Below, one piece after another: positions 57,819-64,000 of a stretch of DNA of 64,000 nt; position 1 is the first letter of the stretch; the number at the start of each line of letters is the position of its first letter. The notes under the pieces were generated by a model. The model saw only the letters and a list, made by a program, of their open reading frames with translations. It was not told the origin of the DNA and ran no database searches. Source of the stretch: Tepidisphaera sp. (lineage in GTDB: Bacteria; Planctomycetota; Phycisphaerae; Phycisphaerales; UBA1924); assembly GCA_050916045.1 (NCBI GenBank), contig CP051526.1, positions 3,968,001 through 4,032,000 of the forward strand. The letters run 5' to 3'. A program made the position numbers and the translations under genes.

Positions 57819-59009
57819 TCAGAACCGTGTCGCGAGCCGCACGAACATCTCGACCCCCGTCGGGATCGCCGCGTCGTTGAAGTCAAAGTCCGGCTGGTGA
57901 AGCGTCGGCGAGCGATCCATCCCCTCCGGCCGCAAGCCCAGGAAGAAGAAGCACGCCGGCACCCGCTGGCCGTAATAGCTGAAATCCTCACCGCCCATCG
58001 TCGGCTGATCGACCTCGCCCACGCGCCCTTCGCCGAGCGCCGCTTTCGCGATCTTGAAGAACTCACCCACCAAGTGCGCATCGTTGTGCGTCACCGGATA
58101 ACTCTCGCGGTACGTGACGTCGGCTTTGCAGCCAAGCCCGGCCGCGATCGACTCGGCGATCTGGATGAACCGCTGCTTGGCGAGCGCGCGGGTCGAATCC
58201 TTCAGCGTGCGCACGGTCCAGTGCGTCCAGCACGATTCGGGGATGATGTTGTTCGCCGTGCCGGCTTTGATCTCGCCGCAGGTCACCACGACCGAATCAA
58301 GCGGGCTGACGTTTCGGCTCGCGATGGTCTGCATCGCCGTGACGATCTGCGCCGTCGCCGTGATGCAGTCGAATCCCTGGTGCGGATAGGCCCCGTGGCT
58401 TTGCACGCCGCGCACGGTCAGTTCCACGTCATCCACGCTCGCCAAAAGCGGGCCCACGCGCGTCGCGACGTGCCCGACAGGGTACGTCGGCCAGCCGTGC
58501 AGGCCGTGGATCTCGCCCACACCCTCCAGCGCGCCCTCCTCGCACATCCGCTGCCCGCCGGCGCCGCCCTCTTCCGCCGGCTGGAACACGAACACGACCG
58601 GCCTCGGCCGGTGCGGCATCGCCGCGAGCACCCGCGCGGCACCGATCAGCATCGTGGTGTGGCCGTCGTGCCCGCACGCGTGCATCTTGCCCGGGATGCA
58701 GCTCGCGTACGGCTTGCCTGTCTGCTCCATGATCGGGAGCGCATCCATGTCGGCCCGGAGCGCGATCGCGGGAAGCTTGTCCCCCTCGGGGGTCGTCGCG
58801 GCGAGGCGAGCGACCACGCCGGTCTTGGCCACGCCGTCCCGGAACGGGATGTTGAGGCGGGCGAGTTGCCGCTGGACCACGCCGCTCGTGCGCACTTCCT
58901 CGTAGTTCAGCTCGGGGTGCTGGTGGAGGTCGTGGCGGATCTCGATGAGGTCCTTGATCTCGCGGGCGATGAGCGTGCGGATGTCGTCTCGGGTGGCGGC
59001 CATGGGCAT
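57819..59009 (-). CDS. M20D amidohydrolase
   Basis: RHDLHQHPEL, LRADMDALP, MHACGHDGH, FQPAEE, MGGEDFS and LHQPDFDF. Confidence 0.93.
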   Translation of the reverse strand: MPMAATRDDIRTLIAREIKDLIEIRHDLHQHPELNYEEVRTSGVVQRQLARLNIPFRDGVAKTGVVARLAATTPEGDKLPAIALRADMDALPIMEQTGKPYASCIPGKMHACGHDGHTTMLIGAARVLAAMPHRPRPVVFVFQPAEEGGAGGQRMCEEGALEGVGEIHGLHGWPTYPVGHVATRVGPLLASVDDVELTVRGVQSHGAYPHQGFDCITATAQIVTAMQTIASRNVSPLDSVVVTCGEIKAGTANNIIPESCWTHWTVRTLKDSTRALAKQRFIQIAESIAAGLGCKADVTYRESYPVTHNDAHLVGEFFKIAKAALGEGRVGEVDQPTMGGEDFSYYGQRVPACFFFLGLRPEGMDRSPTLHQPDFDFNDAAIPTGVEMFVRLATRF

Positions 59010-59050
59010 AAGGGGATGATAGGGACCGGCCGGAAGTCGCTCCCGAACCG

Positions 59051-60217
59051 CTACTTACCCAGAATCTCATCGATGATGCGGATCGCGGCTTCCTCGGCTT
59101 CGGCGACCTTGGCGTAGTCCACCTCGGCCGGGGTGGGGATGGCGAGGTCCTTGAACTTTTTCGCCAGATCCGGCCGGATGGGCACGTTGCGGCTTTCGCT
59201 CTCGGCGAGCATCTGCTCCACCTCGGGCGAAAGCAGGAAGTCCGCGAGCTTGTTGCCGGCGGTCGCGTTCGGCGAAGCCAGCACCCGCCCAACCGTGTTG
59301 GGAAGCACCAGCGTACCCAGGCTCGGGATCAGCCCGGTTCCCGGCTTCTGCTTGATCATGGTCGTCTCGCGCAGCGTGTCGGCGCCCTCGTACACCAGAT
59401 CGACCGGCCACTTCTCGCGCTGCCCGACCCATACATCGTCGGTATCGGTCAATCCGACGGCGATGTCGCCGCGGCCCAGAGCCTGCACCACCGCCGAGTT
59501 GCTCGCGAGGATCTGGACGCGGTTGGCCCGCAGCGCCTGGAACCACGCGCGGAACTCGGCTTCCCCCGCGATGTGATAGAGGTACGCCATGTGCGACCGC
59601 GTCGTGCCAAAGTGCGGATCCGCGATGCCGACCTTGCCGGCAAGGTCGGGCCTGAGCAGGTCTCGCATCCTCATCGGAGCGCGAGCTTTGTTCAACTGAC
59701 CGGTGTTGAAAGCGATGACGCGGGCCCGCTGGGCGAACCCGTACCACTTGCGGTCCGCGGGGCGGAGATGCTTGGGCCAGCCGCCGGGCACGGTGACTTC
59801 CGCTTTGCTCGCCCAGGGCGCGAGGACTCCGCTCTGGGCGAGCTTGATCGTCCCGACCACTTCGCTCGACCACCACACGTCGGCTCGCGGGGAGGCTTTC
59901 TCCGACTCAAGCCTCAGCGCGAGCGATCCGCGCGTCGCTTCGGTGTCCGTCACGATCCTGACATCGACGCCGGTCTGGGTTTTGAAGGCATCGACGACCT
60001 TCTGCACCAGCGGCTCATCCGCCGTGGTATAGAGGACGACCTTGGTGCCGTCGTCGACCTTTCGACCGGAACCGCCGAACGCCCACCACGCCATCAGCGG
60101 CAGAAGGACGACCGCCGCCGCGGTGAGCCAGAACGCGACGGTCCGTCCGCGCGATGAGTTCACCCAGGCCCGGACCTTGACCGTGTCGACCTCGTGCTGT
60201 CCGATGTGGAAGATCAT
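59051..60217 (-). CDS. ABC substrate-binding protein (iron/thiamine-type), membrane anchored
   Basis: VVLYT, EKASPRADVWWS, RARVIAFN and GLTDTDD. No adjacent permease. Confidence 0.8.
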   Translation of the reverse strand: MIFHIGQHEVDTVKVRAWVNSSRGRTVAFWLTAAAVVLLPLMAWWAFGGSGRKVDDGTKVVLYTTADEPLVQKVVDAFKTQTGVDVRIVTDTEATRGSLALRLESEKASPRADVWWSSEVVGTIKLAQSGVLAPWASKAEVTVPGGWPKHLRPADRKWYGFAQRARVIAFNTGQLNKARAPMRMRDLLRPDLAGKVGIADPHFGTTRSHMAYLYHIAGEAEFRAWFQALRANRVQILASNSAVVQALGRGDIAVGLTDTDDVWVGQREKWPVDLVYEGADTLRETTMIKQKPGTGLIPSLGTLVLPNTVGRVLASPNATAGNKLADFLLSPEVEQMLAESESRNVPIRPDLAKKFKDLAIPTPAEVDYAKVAEAEEAAIRIIDEILGK

Positions 60218-60233
60218 CGCGTCATCATACAGA

Positions 60234-60263
60234 ACAGGCCTCCCCCGGGTGGGAGAGGCCTGT
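60234..60263. terminator. Hairpin downstream of the pseudo-protease gene
   Basis: ACAGGCCTC...GAGGCCTGT inverted repeat. Confidence 0.55.
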
Positions 60264-60331
60264 CGATGAACATGAGCGGATCGGGCGGAGAAGCTCTGCC
60301 TGAAGCTTCACCTCAAGCCGTACCTGGAGCT

Positions 60332-61255
60332 TTACTTGGGGCTTTCGGGCTTGGGGGTCTCGGGCTTGAGCTCTTCGGGCTTGGCTTCACCGGCGGGCGT
60401 TTCGGGGCCGGCGGGAGCGGCGGCGGGCTCCTCATCGACGGGCTTGCCGCTCTTGGCCTGTTCCTTCGCGGCGGCCGTGGCTTTCACGACGTCCTCGCCG
60501 GGGAGGATCATGGCGCCGCGGACGCGGCGCATCTGGGCGAACTGGCTGCTCTGGTCGGCCTGCATCTCCTCGCGGCTGGGGAGCTGGAGGGTGGACATTC
60601 CGATGTACTCGCCCTTGCCGTTGAAGACCGGCATGCCGATCGAGGTGCCGAGTTCGCTGCCGGGGATGGCGAGCTTGCGCGGCTTGGTGATCAGCGAGCG
60701 GATGCGGGACTCGTTGACGATGTGGGCGTGATCGTTGGACTTGGAGAGGCGCTCGATGGTGAGCACGCGGTCGCCCATGACGGCGTCGACCGGCTTGTTG
60801 ATGTCGACGAACGCGAACTTCTTGTTGTCCTTGTTGGTGATCTGGAGCCACGCGAGGTCGAGCTCGCTGTCGCGGGCGATGAGGGTGGCGTCCACGCCTT
60901 CCTGGTCGCCGCTGATCATGACCTTGATCTCCAGAGGCTTGCGGTTCCCGCCCATCATCTGCTTGATGGACTCAGGGAACCCGCCCATGAAGTAGTTGGA
61001 GGTGAGGACCAGCCCTGACTCCTCGATCATGACGCCCTGGACTTCCTCCTCGGCTTCGCTGTCCTCTTCCTTGAGGATGTACTTGATCGTCACGATCGCG
61101 TCGCCGCGCTCCTTGACGAGCTTGCCGTAGATCTCGCCGTCATCCGCCACCGCCGCGGGAGCGGCCGAGGTCGTGACGGCGGTCGTGGAAGCCGGAGCGA
61201 AGGCGAAGAGGCCGCCGGCGACAGCGACGAGGGTTGCGAGATGCCAAGCTTTCAT
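60332..61255 (-). CDS. Secreted trypsin-like protein, probably catalytically inactive
   Basis: GLVLTSNY, ARDSELDLAWL and GTSIGMPVFNGKGEYIGM. Catalytic His and Ser positions appear substituted. Confidence 0.75.
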   Translation of the reverse strand: MKAWHLATLVAVAGGLFAFAPASTTAVTTSAAPAAVADDGEIYGKLVKERGDAIVTIKYILKEEDSEAEEEVQGVMIEESGLVLTSNYFMGGFPESIKQMMGGNRKPLEIKVMISGDQEGVDATLIARDSELDLAWLQITNKDNKKFAFVDINKPVDAVMGDRVLTIERLSKSNDHAHIVNESRIRSLITKPRKLAIPGSELGTSIGMPVFNGKGEYIGMSTLQLPSREEMQADQSSQFAQMRRVRGAMILPGEDVVKATAAAKEQAKSGKPVDEEPAAAPAGPETPAGEAKPEELKPETPKPESPK

Positions 61256-61408
61256 AAGGGTCCTTTCCTTCCGGGCCGCGCATCGGCGCGACGCGGGGTT
61301 CCGCGGCTCACACCGGCGCGCGCCGGCGGCCCGCATGGTAGGTGGGTCTCGGTCGCCGGCGGGGCCGATCAACCGCGTTTTCCGGGGCCATCCTGAACAA
61401 ACGAGCGG

Positions 61409-63544
61409 TCACTTCGGCGTCGCGGCCTGGGCTTCGTCCTTGGTCTTGGGCTTCCACTCCGGCTCGGCGAAGAGGAACGCCGTCCGGTTGTACCGGAGCA
61501 CGACGAAGACGACCCGCTCGGGCTGCTCCTTCGCGAGGCGATCCATCACCTTCCGGAAGTCATCCACGCCGGAGATCTCGGTCCCCGCGATCTTCTGGAT
61601 CAGGTCGCCGCCCTGCACGCCCGCGAGCCCGGCCCAGCCGACGTTCTCGACGCTGGTCACCAGCACACCCTTGACCGAGTCATCCCACTGCGCCTCATCG
61701 CGGTCAAAGAAAGTGACATCGCGGACGGAAAGCTCAAAGTCCTTGTTCTCATCGCGCTTGGCTTCCGCCGCGGAGAGACGCGTCTTCTCAAGGTTGACGG
61801 CGAGCGTCTCGGGCTTGCCCTCTCGCACGACCTTGATCGTGACTTTCTCGTCGGTCTTGAACTGGCGAACGGCCCGCTGAAGCTGGCCGGCGTCCTGTGT
61901 GCCGCGCGGAGCCATCTTCTGGTCGTTGATCGCGGTGATGATGTCCCCGGCTTTGAGGCCCGCGGACGCCGCGATCGTGCCCGGATAGACCTTCGTGACG
62001 CGGTACCCGGCCGTGCCGTCGGTCGTCAGGCGCTTGGCCAGATCGCGAAAGACGGGCTGGCTTTCAACGCCAAGCCACGCTTTGGGAAGCTCGGGAGCTT
62101 CATCCTCCTTTTTCTGCGGGCGGGGCTTGATCAGCGTGACCTGGTCCTGCCCACGGCGATCGACGCGGAGCAGGACGAACTCGGGGATCTTGTCCGGGCT
62201 GCTCACGTTCATGATGGACCGGTAGATCTCGACGGCTTCCTTGAAGGTGCGCACCGGCTTGCCGTCGATCTCCTTGAGGATGTCGCCACCCTGAAGCTTG
62301 GGCTCGGCGAGGTCGGTGGGGCTGCCGGACTTGCTTCCGGTGATGAGCACGCCATCGCGGTTCGCAAGCCTGCGGTTGCGTGCGATCGTCTCGGTGATCT
62401 CGGCGATCGAGAGGCCCCAGCCGCGGAGAAGCGTTTCGTCACCAATCTCGCGAAGCTGCTTGTCCGTCACGACCGGGATTGTCAGCGTCTGGCCGTCACG
62501 CACGACCGTGAAGCTCACCGTTCCGCCCACCGGCGTGCTCGCGATCTGCTTGAGAAGCGGCGGAATCTCCTCGGCGAACCTGACGGTCGTCGCTTGTTCG
62601 TTGATCTTGACGATGACGTCACCGGCTTTCACGCCGGCTTTGGCGGCCGGGCCGTCCTTGTTGACGGAGTTGACGAGCACGCCCTCCTTGATCCCCGTCT
62701 TGGAGATCGCTTTGAAGGACATGCCGACGTTGCTCCGTGTGACCTGGCCGTTGGCGATCAGTTCGGCGACCACCTCGCGGACGAGGGAAGCCGGGCTTGC
62801 AAAGCCCATGCCCGACCCGCCGCGCGTGTTGACCCCGACGATCTCGCCCTTCATGTTGACGAGCGGGCCGCCCGAGTTGCCCGGATTGATCAGCGCATCG
62901 TGCTGGATCCAACGCGTGTAGTTCCCCGTGGACTGCCCGTAATCAAGCTCCATCTCGTCAACATCCTCGCTGCCGAAGCCCGAGGTGAAAACCCGGCTGG
63001 TGTTGCTCACAATGCCGAGCGTCACGCTCCGCGAAAGCGAGAACGGCGACCCCATCGCCAGAACATTGTCGCCCACCTGCAGCTCGTCGGAGTTCCCCCA
63101 CGAGGCCGTCGCGAGCGTGGTCCCCGGCTTGAGCTCGTTCAGGTTGAGCTTGAGCACGGCCAGGTCGGTCGCGGGGTCCTCGCCGACCATGGTGGCCGTG
63201 ATCTCCTGCTTGTCGGCGAGCGTGCAGAAGAACTTCTTCCCGTCGCTGGTAACGTGAGCGTTGGTCACCACCAGCCCCTCGGGCGAGATGATCGTGCCCG
63301 AACCGCTGCCGCCACCCTTGTTCTCCTGCCCGCCGTAGTACGAAACCGTCACCACCCGGATGTTCACCAGAGCCGGGAAGACTTTGTCCCGCGCCGAAGC
63401 GGTCAGATTCCTGATTTCGGTCAAAAGGGTGTCGTCGCCCGTCGCTGCACCCGAACCGGAACCGGCACAGCCGGCAACACCCCCCGCAAGCAGGAGAAGC
63501 GTGCAGACCGAAAGAGCGCGAAGAACGGGTACTGTTTGGATCAC
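61409..63544 (-). CDS. HtrA/DegQ-like serine protease lipoprotein with four PDZ domains
   Basis: Lipobox VAGC, VVTNAHV, TDLAVLK, INPGNSGGPL and four PDZ repeats. GTG start after AAGGAG. Confidence 0.9.
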   Translation of the reverse strand: MIQTVPVLRALSVCTLLLLAGGVAGCAGSGSGAATGDDTLLTEIRNLTASARDKVFPALVNIRVVTVSYYGGQENKGGGSGSGTIISPEGLVVTNAHVTSDGKKFFCTLADKQEITATMVGEDPATDLAVLKLNLNELKPGTTLATASWGNSDELQVGDNVLAMGSPFSLSRSVTLGIVSNTSRVFTSGFGSEDVDEMELDYGQSTGNYTRWIQHDALINPGNSGGPLVNMKGEIVGVNTRGGSGMGFASPASLVREVVAELIANGQVTRSNVGMSFKAISKTGIKEGVLVNSVNKDGPAAKAGVKAGDVIVKINEQATTVRFAEEIPPLLKQIASTPVGGTVSFTVVRDGQTLTIPVVTDKQLREIGDETLLRGWGLSIAEITETIARNRRLANRDGVLITGSKSGSPTDLAEPKLQGGDILKEIDGKPVRTFKEAVEIYRSIMNVSSPDKIPEFVLLRVDRRGQDQVTLIKPRPQKKEDEAPELPKAWLGVESQPVFRDLAKRLTTDGTAGYRVTKVYPGTIAASAGLKAGDIITAINDQKMAPRGTQDAGQLQRAVRQFKTDEKVTIKVVREGKPETLAVNLEKTRLSAAEAKRDENKDFELSVRDVTFFDRDEAQWDDSVKGVLVTSVENVGWAGLAGVQGGDLIQKIAGTEISGVDDFRKVMDRLAKEQPERVVFVVLRYNRTAFLFAEPEWKPKTKDEAQAATPK

Positions 63545-63808
63545 CAGGGAGCTCCTTGTTGCGGGCCGACCGGAATTCGGCGGTTGGCCGGGAAAGCGTA
63601 CACCAACGGAGGGTCGGTTACACGGAAGCGGTTTGGGGGTTTTACCTGCGACTTTCGCGAGAGGTTCGGGGTTGTGCCACGCGTGAGAGTCGGTTAAACT
63701 TTCCCTCATTCGAAAGGATCGGCAACTGCAGAGGTTCTTCCTGACCCGACAGTTCTTTTCACAAAGGGTGGAGGGGTGCGTCCCCCATCGTCCGACTGGA
63801 GATTGAGT

Positions 63809-64000
63809 TTGCATCCAATTCTGAGTCGTTTGTTCGGACCCCTTGTGGGCGCCCTTGTGGTCCTTGTCGCGCTGACGAAGCCAGCGACGGCGGACGAGCT
63901 CGGGCGCATTTTCCTCTTCGATCAGGAGTACGTCCTCCAGCGATTTGACTACAACGCGCACATTTCGTTCCCCGATCGGCGAACCCCGGGGCGAACCTGC
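63809..64000 (+). CDS. 5' part of a secreted protein, truncated by the window end
   Basis: GGAG then TTG. MHPILSRLFGPLVGALVVLVALTKPATA|DE signal peptide, open to the window end. Confidence 0.55.
   Translation, partial: MHPILSRLFGPLVGALVVLVALTKPATADELGRIFLFDQEYVLQRFDYNAHISFPDRRTPGRTC

Noticed and set aside
62..58770. Repeated GCGATCGC (HIP1-like octamer)
   Set aside because: Largely explained by Ala-Ile-Ala codons (GCG ATC GC) and the GC content. It would need a codon-controlled count.
56338..63634. Identical 14-mer CACGGAAGCGGTTT in two intergenic regions (56338 and 63621)
   Set aside because: Only two copies, non-palindromic, flanks differ; compatible with chance.
63545..63961. N-terminal 139-aa extension of the HtrA ORF in the track
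   Set aside because: The SD and lipoprotein signal place the start at GTG 63544, and the extension overlaps a divergent gene.

Overview
High-GC bacterial chromosome segment, most consistent with Planctomycetota class Phycisphaerae. This is inferred from the many CxxCGYDxxG...CPECG membrane proteins, a VPAP-type PEP-CTERM tail, planctomycete-type REP palindromes and futalosine-pathway MqnC. It holds about 54 mostly housekeeping or envelope CDS, including sucD, mqnC, a Zrg/PA4063-like ABC locus, iscS, an S46 peptidase, pqaA, acnA, lepB, recQ, mlaF, ruvX, ricT, pgpA-pgsA, a split nuoJKLMN operon, M3, M20 and zinc peptidases, tpx, thiC under a TPP riboswitch, and a 4-PDZ HtrA with a pseudo-protease neighbour. 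No rRNA, tRNA, CRISPR array or intact mobile element was seen. The most notable unannotated signals are: (1) a likely sRNA gene at ~57640-57740 (-) with a consensus sigma70 promoter, an anti-Shine-Dalgarno CU tract and a terminator, plus a similarly built candidate at ~56230-56320; (2) pervasive leaderless architecture, with a TANNNT box 5-9 nt before about 17 start codons; (3) an expanded zinc-ribbon membrane-protein family, one member fused to a Clp N-domain; (4) three small membrane/secreted genes in front of a RicT with a long disordered tail; (5) REP/RAYT traces, including REP arms inside coding sequence; (6) a strong AAGC/GCTT codon-context bias. All calls come from reading motifs by eye; no database searches were run.
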